Below are positions 9,149-21,104 of a stretch of 64,000 nt of DNA, piece by piece. The notes beneath the pieces are model-generated. The model did no database searches. It was not told where the DNA came from and saw only the letters and a program-made list of their open reading frames with translations. A program made the translations under genes and the position numbers. Numbering within the stretch: the first letter of the stretch is position 1; each line of letters opens with the position of its first letter. The DNA is from Bacillales bacterium UBA3946. GTDB taxonomy: Bacteria; Bacillota_I; Bacilli_A; ML615J-28; CAG-698. The stretch covers positions 11,865-75,864 of the forward strand of contig DGDS01000016.1 in the NCBI GenBank assembly GCA_002385575.1, given 5' to 3'.

Positions 9149-10430
9149 CTCGCGAAAGGGGATAAGCGGCGCGCGTCAACCGGACGGATTGGACAGAGTT
9201 GATTTCCGCATCCGCGCCCGGAAACGAAATTTCCAGGTAATTCCCGGAGTGACCGTAGGTAATCCCGCCCGCAACTTTCTCGACGATCACCGGCAGAACC
9301 TGGCCAACGAATTGCTCCCGGTAGCGCAGGGCCTGGACGCGGTTGAGTTCGAGCAGGGCGCGTACCCGCGCCTTTTTTGCTTCTGGCGAAACCTGTCCTG
9401 TAAAAGCGGCCGCCTTCGTGCGCGGCCGGGGCGAATACGGGAAGATGTGCATCTCGCCGAAGTTCATCGACTCAATGAAATCCCGCGCCTGCGCAAAATC
9501 CTCTTCCGTTTCTCCGGGAAAACCGACCATCACGTCGGTCGTGATGTTGATTCCGGGAAAGAGTTCGCGGATCTTCGCAAGCTTTTCCGCATAGGCGGTG
9601 GTCGTGTATTTCCGGTTCATCAACGCCAGGATCCGGTCCGTCCCGCCCTGCAGCGGGATATGGAGGTGCGGACAGAAACGGTCGCGATGGCGGGCGATCG
9701 TCGTTAAAAACTCATCGGTTATTTCCGCAATCTCAATTGACGATATCCTTAACCGATATAGATCCGGAACCTGGGTAAAAATGTCTTCAAGCAAATTTGC
9801 GAAGGAATAATCTTTTAAATCCGCGCCATAAGCGGCGGTATTAATCCCGGTCAGCACGACTTCCCTGATGCCCGATGCAACCAGTCTTTTGATCTCGGCA
9901 ATGACGTCCGCCACGGCACGGCTGCGGACGCGACCGCGGGCATAGGGGATCGCGCAGTAACTGCAGAAATTATCGCAGCCGTCTTCGATCTTGACGAAGC
10001 CGCGAACGCGGCTGATGTATTTATCGATTTTCAGTTCCTCGTAAGCGTGCAGGTTGTTTACGGACGAAACCAGGCAGCAGGCCTGTTTTTCCCGCAGGCA
10101 TTTTTCCACGAGTTCAACCAGCATATGGCGCTCGCTCGTGCCAATGACGATGTCGACGCCAGGAATGCGTGAAACCGTCCCGGGGTTCAACTGGGCGAAG
10201 CAGCCCATCACGGCGATGACGGCCGCCGGATTACGCCGGATCGCCTGGCGGATGAGTTTCCGGCTTTTGGCGTCGGATACGGCCGTTACCGTACAGGTGT
10301 TGATGATGCAGACGTCGCTTTCCTCGTCAAAATCGACGAGTCGGTAGCCGCGCTCAAGGAATTGGTTGATCACGGCCGCCGCTTCATATTCGTTGACTTT
10401 ACAGCCGAGGGCGTAATAACTGATTCTCAT
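9132..10430 (-). CDS. mtaB: tRNA (N6-threonylcarbamoyladenosine37-C2)-methylthiotransferase MtaB (radical SAM MTTase)
   Basis: MTTase N-domain, radical-SAM CSYCAIPYARG motif and a TRAM-like C-terminus. Overlaps the cshB start by 17 nt. Confidence 0.85.
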   Translation of the reverse strand: MRISYYALGCKVNEYEAAAVINQFLERGYRLVDFDEESDVCIINTCTVTAVSDAKSRKLIRQAIRRNPAAVIAVMGCFAQLNPGTVSRIPGVDIVIGTSERHMLVELVEKCLREKQACCLVSSVNNLHAYEELKIDKYISRVRGFVKIEDGCDNFCSYCAIPYARGRVRSRAVADVIAEIKRLVASGIREVVLTGINTAAYGADLKDYSFANLLEDIFTQVPDLYRLRISSIEIAEITDEFLTTIARHRDRFCPHLHIPLQGGTDRILALMNRKYTTTAYAEKLAKIRELFPGINITTDVMVGFPGETEEDFAQARDFIESMNFGEMHIFPYSPRPRTKAAAFTGQVSPEAKKARVRALLELNRVQALRYREQFVGQVLPVIVEKVAGGITYGHSGNYLEISFPGADAEINSVQSVRLTRAAYPLSRGEVDV

Positions 10431-10431
10431 C

Positions 10432-11172
10432 CTAAAGCTCCGTCGCGTACGAAATCACGCTCATCAAATACAGCGGCGCCGTTTCCGTTCTCAGGATCCG
10501 CGGTCCGAGACCGACGGCTGTAAAGCCTTCTGCGGACAACCGTTCCGCTTCGGTCGGAGAAATCCCGCCCTCGGGACCGATGAGGACGATCACGTTTCCG
10601 TCCTTAAGGTCAGAAAGAGCGCTCTTAAGACTCACATCGCCGCAGATTTCTTCATATGCATATATTTTGACCGCGTAATTTTTCGCATGATTGAGAAATA
10701 CGTCAAAGTTAACCGGCGGCAGGATACGCAAAAGCCGGGTACGCTGCGACTGTTCACAAGCTTCCTTCGCAATCGCCGTAAGCCGCATCGCCTTCGCTGC
10801 GCTTTCCGCGCCGGCTTTGACGATGCTTCTTTCCATATACACCGGCAAATACGCATCGGCGCCCAGTTCGGCGAGCCGGCGGACCACTTCTTCCTGCTTT
10901 TTGGTCTTGACGACGCCGTGGGCGATGGTCACCCGGACCTTCATTTCCGGGTCCTCAGGAATTTCCGAGATCAGCCGCGCCATAACCTCGCCTTTGCTGA
11001 AACCTTCTATTTCCGTAAGATACGCCTTCCCGTCACCGGGACAGACGGTTATCCGGTCGCCGCTGCGCATGCGCATCACGTTTTTTATATGATGAAAATC
11101 GCCGCCGTCGATCACGACGGTCGTTCCGGTAAACCGGTCGGGGGCGATAAAATATCTTTGCATCAAAAACAC
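10432..11172 (-). CDS. rsmE: 16S rRNA (uracil1498-N3)-methyltransferase RsmE
   Basis: PUA-like N-terminus followed by a SPOUT-fold C-terminus (VLIGPEGG). Confidence 0.85.
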   Translation of the reverse strand: MFLMQRYFIAPDRFTGTTVVIDGGDFHHIKNVMRMRSGDRITVCPGDGKAYLTEIEGFSKGEVMARLISEIPEDPEMKVRVTIAHGVVKTKKQEEVVRRLAELGADAYLPVYMERSIVKAGAESAAKAMRLTAIAKEACEQSQRTRLLRILPPVNFDVFLNHAKNYAVKIYAYEEICGDVSLKSALSDLKDGNVIVLIGPEGGISPTEAERLSAEGFTAVGLGPRILRTETAPLYLMSVISYATEL

Positions 11173-11270
11173 CTTCTTAAATAATATTATACACTAATCA
11201 AGCCGAAAATAAAAGGAAATTACGCCTGCCAGGGCATGAAAAAAGGGTATCGTCGTAACGATGCCCATGG

Positions 11271-11594
11271 TCACTTTTTGACCTTCATTTCCCGCCGGAG
11301 GACGGTCGTGACGACGATCAACATCGTGATCGTCCAGATGATCACCGCGGCCAGCGACAGCCATGCCTTGGTATCTTCCCTGGTGACGAAGACCAGCACC
11401 ACGACGATGGCGGCGACGAACGGGAAGGTCGCACCCGCGCTTACGATCCGGGCTTTGCGCCAGGCGCGTTCCTGGGCGACCGTCTGCGTCCAGATGCCGT
11501 AATAACCCTTCCTTTTCATGAAGAAAAATGAAAGCGAGTAGAAAAAGAACAAGATCAAGACAAATGCGCAAACATATGTTCCAAACATCTTCAT
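11271..11594 (-). CDS. Small multi-pass membrane protein of unknown function
   Basis: Start MKMFGTYVCAFVLILFFF with a GGGGAAG RBS. Three predicted TM helices. It sits where prmA lies in the Bacillus dnaJ-prmA-rsmE arrangement. Confidence 0.45.
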   Translation of the reverse strand: MKMFGTYVCAFVLILFFFYSLSFFFMKRKGYYGIWTQTVAQERAWRKARIVSAGATFPFVAAIVVVLVFVTREDTKAWLSLAAVIIWTITMLIVVTTVLRREMKVKK

Positions 11595-11700
11595 CTTCCC
11601 CTTGTACGTTTGATAATTGCACTGTATATTATTATACCAGAATCGCTTCCGGATGACAATAACCGGCATAAAAAACACCGGTTGAAACCGGTGTCATATG

Positions 11701-12822
11701 TCATGAAAAGAATTTCTTGATCTTGTCGAAAAACGACTCGGACTTCTCGTTCGTCTTGCTCAGGCGCGTGAAGATCTCCTTCTGTTCGGATGAAAGGTGC
11801 GTCGGCGTCACGACCTTGGCGATCACGTACTGATTTCCGACCGCCCCGGTGCGGGAATTGGTGATGCCCTTGCGGGCAAGTTTGAACTTCGTCCCGGTTT
11901 GCGTACCCGCCGGAATCTTCAGACTGACGGGTCCGGTGAGGGTCGGAACGGAGATGGTGGCGCCAAGCGCCGCCTGGCTGAACGTGATCGGCATTTCCAT
12001 GTGAATGTCCAACCCGTCGCGTTCGAAAATCTCATGGGGCTGGACGGTGATGTTGATGTAAAGGTCACCGGGCGCACCGCCCTTCAGACCCGCTTCGCCA
12101 TATCCGGTCAGTTTCAAGCCCTGGCCATCCTCGATACCGGCCGGAATCTTCACCTTCACGCGCGACGTCGTTCGGACGCGGCCTTCACCGTTGCAGGTCT
12201 TGCATTTGTTCTTGATGATTTCACCGGTGCCGCGGCAATTCGAACACGTAGTTTCCGTCTGGATTCGGCCGAAAAGGGAATTCTGCTCGTGGAGCACGCG
12301 CCCGCGGCCGTGGCATTTCGGGCAGATTTCGATATCGGCCCGCGATTCCGCCCCCAAACCGCTGCATTCGGTACACGTCTCGTATTTGTTGATGGCGAGC
12401 TCTTTTTCCGCGCCGAAAGCCGCCTCCTCGAAAGTGATCGTCACCGACGTCCGTAAGTCCGCGCCGCGGGTCTTTCCCGTCGTCCGGGTTCCGCGCCGCG
12501 TGCCGCCGAAGATCGACGATAAAATGTCGTCGAAACCGCCGAAGCCGCCGAAACCGCCGAAGTTGAAGCCTTCGAACCCGCTGCCGAAACCGGATCCCAT
12601 ACCCGGGCCGCTATGGCCGAACCGGTCATACTGGTCGCGTTTTGCCGGGTCGCTTAAGACCTCATAGGCTTCCTGGATTTCCTTGAACTTCTCCTCGGCG
12701 TTCGGCTCCTTGCTTACGTCGGGATGGTATTTCTTCGCAAGCGTCCGGTAGGCTTTCTTGATGTCATCTTCCGAGGCGTCGCGCGCTACCCCTAATACTT
12801 CGTAATAATCTCTTTTGGCCAT
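11701..12822 (-). CDS. dnaJ: Molecular chaperone DnaJ
   Basis: J-domain (HPD), G/F-rich region, four CxxCxGxG zinc-finger repeats and a C-terminal domain. Confidence 0.95.
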   Translation of the reverse strand: MAKRDYYEVLGVARDASEDDIKKAYRTLAKKYHPDVSKEPNAEEKFKEIQEAYEVLSDPAKRDQYDRFGHSGPGMGSGFGSGFEGFNFGGFGGFGGFDDILSSIFGGTRRGTRTTGKTRGADLRTSVTITFEEAAFGAEKELAINKYETCTECSGLGAESRADIEICPKCHGRGRVLHEQNSLFGRIQTETTCSNCRGTGEIIKNKCKTCNGEGRVRTTSRVKVKIPAGIEDGQGLKLTGYGEAGLKGGAPGDLYINITVQPHEIFERDGLDIHMEMPITFSQAALGATISVPTLTGPVSLKIPAGTQTGTKFKLARKGITNSRTGAVGNQYVIAKVVTPTHLSSEQKEIFTRLSKTNEKSESFFDKIKKFFS

Positions 12823-12849
12823 GTTTCACTCTTTCTCGGAGATTAAGGT

Positions 12850-15262
<2,413 letters not shown>

Positions 15263-15263
15263 C

Positions 15264-16280
15264 TTACATTACCTTCTTTATATTTTTTGCGATATATTCC
15301 AAGAGCGGGATGACTTTCTGGTAATCCATCCGCGTCGGTCCAATCACGGCGATCGCGCCGCGTTCGCCGTTGTCGATCTCGTAGGGAACGGTGATGACCG
15401 TGCAGTCTTTCATCGCCCTGATGTAGTTTTCAGTGCCGATCCGGACGGTGAGACCATCCTCAGCAACCGAAATCGCCTTCAGGATCTCCTGATTCTCAAT
15501 GGCGTTGACGAATTCTTTGACCTTGTCAATGTTCTGGAACTCGGGAAGGTTCATGATATTGCTTTGCCCGGAAAGGAAATACTTATCCTGGACCATTTCG
15601 GTGAAGATCCGCACAAAGGCGCTGATGAGCGTATTGTAATATTCGACGAACTGCCGTAATCCCGCTTCCTGCAGGTGGGCGTTGATCGTCTCGTCGATCT
15701 TCGCGATCGGCGTGTCATGAAGCAGGTCGTTCAGGACGGCGATGACGCGCTCAATGTCGCGGATGCTGATTTCCTCCGGAATCATAATTTTCTTGCTTTC
15801 GACATAACCCTTGTCGGTCACCAGCAACAGAACGGCGTGGCGCTCGGTCAGGGACACGAACTGCAGCTTCTTGATCTTGGCGTTATAGCTGTTCGAGCCG
15901 AGGACGACCGACGCGTAATTGGTGAGTTCGGTCACCAGTTGCATCGCTTCCTTGATCGCCTGTTCCCGGCTGATGAAGTCGCGGGTGAAGATCTCATCGA
16001 TCATCGGGAAGTGCTCCTTCCCGCGTTCCCGTTCCGCGAGGATTTCCTTAACGTAATACCGGTAGCCGGCTTCCGAAGGAATCCGTCCGCTCGAAAAATG
16101 GGTCTTCTCGATCAGACCGAGCTGCTCGAGTTCCACCATGTCGTTCCGAACGGTGGCCGAGGATACGTTTAAGGGAAAATCGGGATGATTGATGATCGTG
16201 TTCGATCCGACGGGTTCGTTGGTCCGTACGTACTCTTCAACGATCATCCGCAGGATTAGTTTTTGCCGGGCTGATATCAT
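15264..16280 (-). CDS. hrcA: Heat-inducible transcription repressor HrcA
   Basis: N-terminal winged-helix MISARQKLILRMIVEEYVRTNEPVGS. I place the start at ATG 16280 with an AAAGGAG RBS; the ORF track's GTG at 16298 lies inside the CIRCE element. Confidence 0.9.
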   Translation of the reverse strand: MISARQKLILRMIVEEYVRTNEPVGSNTIINHPDFPLNVSSATVRNDMVELEQLGLIEKTHFSSGRIPSEAGYRYYVKEILAERERGKEHFPMIDEIFTRDFISREQAIKEAMQLVTELTNYASVVLGSNSYNAKIKKLQFVSLTERHAVLLLVTDKGYVESKKIMIPEEISIRDIERVIAVLNDLLHDTPIAKIDETINAHLQEAGLRQFVEYYNTLISAFVRIFTEMVQDKYFLSGQSNIMNLPEFQNIDKVKEFVNAIENQEILKAISVAEDGLTVRIGTENYIRAMKDCTVITVPYEIDNGERGAIAVIGPTRMDYQKVIPLLEYIAKNIKKVM

Positions 16281-16291
16281 TTCATACTCCT

Positions 16292-16318
16292 TTAGCACTC
16301 GCTATTGCTAAATGCTAA
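16292..16318 (-). promoter_or_regulatory. CIRCE operator (HrcA binding site) of the hrcA-grpE-dnaK-dnaJ operon
   Basis: Minus strand reads TTAGCATTT-agcaatagc-GAGTGCTAA. The right arm is perfect and the left arm has 2 mismatches against the TTAGCACTC-N9-GAGTGCTAA consensus. It lies just downstream of the -10 box. Confidence 0.8.
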
Positions 16319-16322
16319 CAGT

Positions 16323-16351
16323 ATTATACTCTTTTTCATTAGCACTGTCAA
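16323..16351 (-). promoter_or_regulatory. Sigma-A consensus promoter of the heat-shock operon (TTGACA-17-TATAAT)
   Basis: Minus strand reads cacTTGACAgtgctaatgaaaaagagTATAATact. The -35 box sits inside a second short palindrome, AGCACT-TGAC-AGTGCT. Confidence 0.7.
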
Positions 16352-16412
16352 GTGCTTTTTGCTAATATTATATGCGCTTTTTACATTTTATATACAATGA
16401 CCTCATTATCAT

Positions 16413-16438
16413 CATAAAAAGCACCCCTTAGGGTGCTC
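16413..16438 (-). terminator. Rho-independent terminator of nfnB
   Basis: GAGCACCC-taa-GGGGTGCTC hairpin plus a T-run on the minus strand, overlapping the stop codon. Confidence 0.6.
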
Positions 16439-17810
16439 ATTTGTTCCTAATATAGCGGTCGATTTCGTAAGCCGCTTTCTTACCGGCTTCCATCGCCAGG
16501 ATCACGGTCGCGGCCCCGGTGACGACATCTCCGCCGGCAAACACTCCGGGAACGCTCGTCATCAAGCGCTCATCGACGATGAGGCATCCGCGCCCGTCGG
16601 TCTTTAATCCTGGCGTCTCCTCCCGGAGGAGCGGGTTGGGATGATTGCCGATGGCGATGATGACGGTATCGGCCGAAAGCGAAAACTCCGATCCGGCGAC
16701 GACCACGGGCCGTCTTCGTCCCGAGGCGTCGGGTTCGCCGAGTTCCATCCGGACGCATTCGATCGCTTTAACGAAGCCGCCTTCGCCGATGATTTTCGTC
16801 GGGTTCGTAAGCAGAAGCATTTCAATACCTTCCTCGACGGCGTGTTCCACTTCTTCCCGGCGGGCCGGCATCTCTTCGCGGCCGCGGCGGTAAACGATCG
16901 TCACTTCCGCGCCCAACCGGCGCGCCACGCGCGCGGCGTCCATCGCGACGTTCCCGCCGCCGACGACGATGGCGTTTTTGACCGGTCGCAGGGGCGTGTC
17001 GTAACCCTCCCGGCCGGCCTGCATCAGATTGACGCGCGTCAGGAATTCGTTCGCGAAAAAGACGCCGTTAAGGTTTTCGCCGGGAATACCCATGAATTTG
17101 GGCAGTCCGGCGCCGGTGCCGATAAAGACGGCGTCATACTCCTGCAACAATTCCGCCAGCGTGAAAGTCTTGCCGATAACGGCATTGAAGCGGAACTCGA
17201 CTCCCATATTTTCAAGTTTCGCGATTTCCCTTTCGACGATCGCTTTCGGCATCCGGAATTCCGGAATCCCGTAGGTCAAAACCCCGCCGGCCTTATGCAG
17301 GGCCTCATACACGCAGACCTTATGACCGAGCCGCCTTGCGATCCCGGCGCAGGTCAGTCCGGCGGGACCGGAACCGACGATCGCAATCCGGTGGCCGCTT
17401 TCCGCGGCAACTTCCGTTTCCGCTTCGGTATTGGCGTCGCTTACGAACCGTTCAAGCCGGCCGATGGCGATCGGCTCGCCTTTTATGCCACGGACGCAGA
17501 CGGCTTCGCATTGCGTCTCCTGCGGACATACCCGCCCGCAGATTCCCGGCAACAGGTTTGCTTCCGTAATGATCCGGTATGCTTCCTGAAGTTCACCGTT
17601 TTTCACTTCCCGGATGAAGGCCGGAATATTTATGTTGACCGGGCAACCTTTTATGCAGGGCGCGTTCTTGCATTGCAGGCAGCGTTCCGCCTCGGCGCGG
17701 GCTTCGCTTTCCTCATAACCAAGCGCCACCTCGGAAAAGCTTTTGATCCGCTCTTCCGGCGGCAGCTCGCGCATCTTCACCCTTTTCCTCAAATCCCCTT
17801 GAGCCGGCAT
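16437..17810 (-). CDS. nfnB: NADH-dependent reduced ferredoxin:NADP+ oxidoreductase large subunit (GltD/SudA-like), NfnB
   Basis: N-terminal 2x[4Fe-4S]-type Cys clusters (CxxCxxxPC, CPxxxxC), two Rossmann GxGxxG motifs (GSGPAG, VGGGNVAMD). Paired with a PyrK-like subunit. Confidence 0.8.
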   Translation of the reverse strand: MPAQGDLRKRVKMRELPPEERIKSFSEVALGYEESEARAEAERCLQCKNAPCIKGCPVNINIPAFIREVKNGELQEAYRIITEANLLPGICGRVCPQETQCEAVCVRGIKGEPIAIGRLERFVSDANTEAETEVAAESGHRIAIVGSGPAGLTCAGIARRLGHKVCVYEALHKAGGVLTYGIPEFRMPKAIVEREIAKLENMGVEFRFNAVIGKTFTLAELLQEYDAVFIGTGAGLPKFMGIPGENLNGVFFANEFLTRVNLMQAGREGYDTPLRPVKNAIVVGGGNVAMDAARVARRLGAEVTIVYRRGREEMPARREEVEHAVEEGIEMLLLTNPTKIIGEGGFVKAIECVRMELGEPDASGRRRPVVVAGSEFSLSADTVIIAIGNHPNPLLREETPGLKTDGRGCLIVDERLMTSVPGVFAGGDVVTGAATVILAMEAGKKAAYEIDRYIRNK

Positions 17811-18610
17811 AAAGCCTCCTTTTCCTCATGCTCATACATCGCGGTACGGGTGATCGCCTCATCAAAATCGACGGCATGGCCATCAAACTCCGGACCGTCG
17901 ACGCAGGCGAATTTGACTTCGCCGCCGACGGTGAGCCGGCAGCCGCCGCACATTCCCGTCCCGTCGATCATGATCGGGTTCATGCTGACGATCGTCTTTT
18001 GTTCGTATTTTTTCGTCAGTTTGGCGACGTTTTTCATCATCGGCAGCGGCCCAACGGCATAGACGACGTCGTAGTTCCGTTCGAAAAGCAACCTTTCCAG
18101 CGGTCCCGTCACAAAGCCCTTCTCGCCCTTGGAACCATCGTCGGTCGTAAGATAGAAACGATTGCTTAAGGCCTTGAACTCTTCCTCGAGAAATACGAGT
18201 TCGGCGGTCCGAAAGCCCATGATGACATCGATTTCGGCGCCCTGTTCCTTCAAGGCGCAGGCTAACGGATAACAAATCGCGCTACCCAGACCGCCGCCGA
18301 CGATTGCGGCGCTTTGGATTCCGGAAAGGTCGGAAGCCTTCCCGAGCGGACCGACGAAATCGGCGAGCGCATCGCCTTCGCCAAGTCCCGCGAGTTTATA
18401 AGTCGTAAGCCCGACAGCCTGGAAGATCACGCGCACCGTCCCGGCTCCGCGATCGAAACCGGCGATCGTGAGCGGAATCCGCTCCCCGCGCTCGTCGACG
18501 CGGAGAATTACGAATTGTCCCGGTCGCGCCTTTTTGGCGACGGCGGGCGCGGTGATCTCAAGTAAAAACACGTTAGGATTTAATTGTTCTTTTTTCAAGA
18601 TTCGATACAT
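17789..18610 (-). CDS. nfnA: NfnA small subunit (PyrK-like FAD/NAD and [2Fe-2S] electron-transfer subunit)
   Basis: Ferredoxin-NADP-reductase-like fold (RPGQFVILRV, GGGLGSA) and a C-terminal Cys cluster CGGCRLT..C. Overlaps nfnB by 22 nt. Confidence 0.8.
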   Translation of the reverse strand: MYRILKKEQLNPNVFLLEITAPAVAKKARPGQFVILRVDERGERIPLTIAGFDRGAGTVRVIFQAVGLTTYKLAGLGEGDALADFVGPLGKASDLSGIQSAAIVGGGLGSAICYPLACALKEQGAEIDVIMGFRTAELVFLEEEFKALSNRFYLTTDDGSKGEKGFVTGPLERLLFERNYDVVYAVGPLPMMKNVAKLTKKYEQKTIVSMNPIMIDGTGMCGGCRLTVGGEVKFACVDGPEFDGHAVDFDEAITRTAMYEHEEKEALCRLKGI

Positions 18611-18616
18611 TTGAAC

Positions 18617-19231
18617 CTACCTTGGCATATATGGATTTTCCCTGATTTCCCGGCCGAGCGTGGTTGGCATGCCATGGCCGGGAAAGACGGTCAGGTCCGG
18701 ATCTAGTCCTTTTAACTTCGTAAGCGTTGCAACAAGCCCTTTCAGGGACGATCCGGGAAGATCGGTCCGCCCGACTACGCCCTTGAAGAGCGTGTCGCCG
18801 GTGAAGAGCAGGTCGGAAACACGATAGATCACCGAACAGTTGCAATGCCCCGGCGCTTCGATAACCGTTATCGGTTCGGGAAGCGCCGTAATCTCACTCC
18901 CCTCCGCAACGAACCGCAGCCTTTCCTGGGGTACGCTTACCCTTATTTCGTCAGGGAACATGACCGAACAGTTCAGATACGGATTGTTTAGTTTCGCAAA
19001 GCCGTTTTTGTGCAGATAAACGGGGGCGGCGCATCGTTCGATGTAGGACGGTAATTCAAGGATGTGGTCGAAATGCGCGTGGGTAAGCAGGATTGCAAGG
19101 ATTTCGATCTTACCGTCATTCGTAACATCGTCAAAACTGACCGCGGGGTCGATAACGACGCCCCGGTCCTCATCGCGCAATAAATAGCAGTTCGCGTGGG
19201 TTACCGGTCCGCGGTAGATCTCAACCTGCAT
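18617..19231 (-). CDS. MBL-fold metallo-hydrolase (glyoxalase II-like)
   Basis: THAHFDH motif, later conserved His/Asp residues, about 204 aa. Confidence 0.75.
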   Translation of the reverse strand: MQVEIYRGPVTHANCYLLRDEDRGVVIDPAVSFDDVTNDGKIEILAILLTHAHFDHILELPSYIERCAAPVYLHKNGFAKLNNPYLNCSVMFPDEIRVSVPQERLRFVAEGSEITALPEPITVIEAPGHCNCSVIYRVSDLLFTGDTLFKGVVGRTDLPGSSLKGLVATLTKLKGLDPDLTVFPGHGMPTTLGREIRENPYMPR

Positions 19232-20142
19232 ATCTTTTTCCTCACCTCATATGCGCAGCCGTACATCCCGGCCGCATTGCCCATTTTCGCCAGCGCGAAC
19301 TTCGTGTCGCGCACGGAAAAGAAGGCGAGCTCGCGGAACCGTTTTTCGACGCGGTCGAGCAGGAATTGCCCGGCCTTGCTTACGCCGCCGCCAAGGACGA
19401 TCGCCTCGGGGTTGACGGTGTTGGTGATGGCCGCGAGCGCCGATGCCAGTTTTTCGACCATGTTGTTCACGACCTCGAGGCAGACCTCGTCGCCCAGTTG
19501 CGCGTAGTCAAAGACGTTTTTCGAAGTCACTTCGACTTCGTTAAGTATAGTTTCCCGGCCGACGCGCAGGCGGTTGGCGGTGATCACGATCCCGGTCGCG
19601 CTCGCATACTGTTCGATGCAGTCATATAGTCCGCATGTGCACAGTCGGTCGTTGTGATAACCGACGCGGATATGGCCGATCTCTCCGGTCGAACCCGAGG
19701 CCCCCTCGACCAGTTCGTTGTTGATGATCAGGCCGCCGCCGATCCCGGTTCCCAGCGTCATGAAGATGAAACTGCTGAAACCGGCGCCGCCGCCGTAGGC
19801 CCATTCACCGACGGCCGCGGCATTGGCGTCGTTTAAGACGCGGATGACGACGCCGGGGAAGTATTTTTCAAATTCCTTGATGACGTTTAATTCCTTCCAG
19901 CCAAGGTTCTGGGCGCCGAGGACGACGCCGTCCATGACCGGTCCGGGAACGCCGACGCCGATGCCGGCGATAACATCATCGCCCTGCATCTCGCGCACGG
20001 CGCGCGCCACGTCGGCGATTATATTCGCTCCGGCGGCGCCTTTATCGGTCTTCACCTGGCGGCTTTCCGCCATTTCGTCGCCGTGAAATTTCCCGATCTT
20101 GATGTTGGTGCCGCCGATATCGATTCCGAACACGCATTCCAT
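19201..20142 (-). CDS. glcK: ROK family glucokinase
   Basis: GIDIGGT N-terminus, ROK signature, CTCGLYDC zinc motif. Confidence 0.8.
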   Translation of the reverse strand: MECVFGIDIGGTNIKIGKFHGDEMAESRQVKTDKGAAGANIIADVARAVREMQGDDVIAGIGVGVPGPVMDGVVLGAQNLGWKELNVIKEFEKYFPGVVIRVLNDANAAAVGEWAYGGGAGFSSFIFMTLGTGIGGGLIINNELVEGASGSTGEIGHIRVGYHNDRLCTCGLYDCIEQYASATGIVITANRLRVGRETILNEVEVTSKNVFDYAQLGDEVCLEVVNNMVEKLASALAAITNTVNPEAIVLGGGVSKAGQFLLDRVEKRFRELAFFSVRDTKFALAKMGNAAGMYGCAYEVRKKICRLRSTADR

Positions 20143-20220
20143 ATGGTCCCTCCGGTTGTCATTTCTATTAAGTCTTGCAATAAATTATACCATAACGACG
20201 TTAAAAAGTTAAGCCGGAAG

Positions 20221-20250
20221 CAAAAAAACCCGCCATCGCGGGTATGATTT
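20221..20250 (-). terminator. Rho-independent terminator downstream of the ylmC-like gene
   Basis: ACCCGCgatgGCGGGT hairpin followed by a T-run on the minus strand. Confidence 0.55.
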
Positions 20251-20263
20251 CCATCTATGAGGA

Positions 20264-20515
20264 TCATTTGAGGAAGTTGTTGTAATTGACGATGATAACT
20301 TCGCCGCCGATCTTGACGATCTGGTTCCAGGGAATGACGATATTGTTTCCGCCGGTGAAAAAGTTCATCAGCCGCGTATTCGTCTGGACGATGATCGCGG
20401 TGATTCTGCCGGTGGTGACGTCGATTTCCATATTGGCGATGCGTCCCATTTTCGTCCCGTCAACGACGTTGATGACGTCCTTGGACTGGAGTTCCCCTAA
20501 AAGCACAATCCTCAC
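20264..20515 (-). CDS. ylmC: YlmC/YmxH family sporulation protein (PRC-barrel)
   Basis: 83 aa: LGELQSKDVINVVDGTKMGRIANMEIDVTTGRITAIIV is the YlmC/YmxH pattern, a family restricted to endospore formers. Confidence 0.8.
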   Translation of the reverse strand: MRIVLLGELQSKDVINVVDGTKMGRIANMEIDVTTGRITAIIVQTNTRLMNFFTGGNNIVIPWNQIVKIGGEVIIVNYNNFLK

Positions 20516-20553
20516 CTATAGCATTATATGACGATTGTCGGCGATTATATACT

Positions 20554-20715
20554 TTATTTTCCGTTTTTCAACCTTTCCAGCAAGAGCTCGTAGGCGATTT
20601 CCATCGGAGATTCCGCCTTGCTTAGGCTTTTGGGTTTCCGCCGCTTAAGCGCCTTCGTAAAGATATAGTAGCGGTAAACATTGTCCCGGGCGCGGGCTAT
20701 AAAATAGTTTTTCAT
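20554..20715 (-). CDS. Possible small basic protein (53 aa), not in the ORF track
   Basis: Minus-strand ORF MKNYFIARARDNVYRYYIFTKALKRRKPKSLSKAESPMEIAYELLLERLKNGK lies between ylmC and rsfS. Weak RBS. Confidence 0.25.
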   Translation of the reverse strand: MKNYFIARARDNVYRYYIFTKALKRRKPKSLSKAESPMEIAYELLLERLKNGK

Positions 20716-20762
20716 CGTCCCACCGGGTTTATTTTACCCGGGAGAACCGTTTTTATAAGCGT

Positions 20763-21104
20763 TTATAACAAACTGGCAGGATCGATTTGCGGGAGATCCT
20801 TCCACAGCTTGTCGAGGTCGTATTTTTCCCGCTCCTCCTGGAGGAAGATGTTGAGAAGGACGCTTCCGACGTCGATCAATACCCAGTAGCCGCCGGAAAG
20901 ACCTTCAGTGCCGAGGATGTCGTAATTGTTTTCGGCGCCGTCTTTCTTCACCCGCTCCACCGTCGTCCTGAGCTGCCGGCTCGAAGCGGCGGTGGCGACG
21001 ATCACGTAATCGAAAAACGGGGTGATCGCCTTCGTCACGTAAATTTTGATGTTCTTGACCTTGGCGTCGTCAATACAACGTACGATGCTCGTTAAGATTT
21101 CCAT
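20763..21104 (-). CDS. rsfS: Ribosome silencing factor RsfS (Iojap/YqeL)
   Basis: 113 aa with the Iojap-family pattern (DYVIVATAASSRQL, GGYWVLIDVGSVLLNIF). Confidence 0.9.
   Translation of the reverse strand: MEILTSIVRCIDDAKVKNIKIYVTKAITPFFDYVIVATAASSRQLRTTVERVKKDGAENNYDILGTEGLSGGYWVLIDVGSVLLNIFLQEEREKYDLDKLWKDLPQIDPASLL

Noticed and set aside
16280-16298. ORF-track GTG start of hrcA at 16298.
   Set aside because: ATG 16280 has a proper AAAGGAG RBS and gives the canonical HrcA N-terminus. The GTG lies within the CIRCE element.
16641-18062. 473-aa ORF on the plus strand across nfnA/nfnB, plus other long antisense ORFs (25351..26703 +, 42745..43848 +, 45341..46330 +, 14420..15313 +).
   Set aside because: All lie antisense to well-supported genes and are Arg/Pro/Gly-rich, low-complexity translations typical of GC-rich antisense frames. 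None has an RBS or matches a recognisable family.
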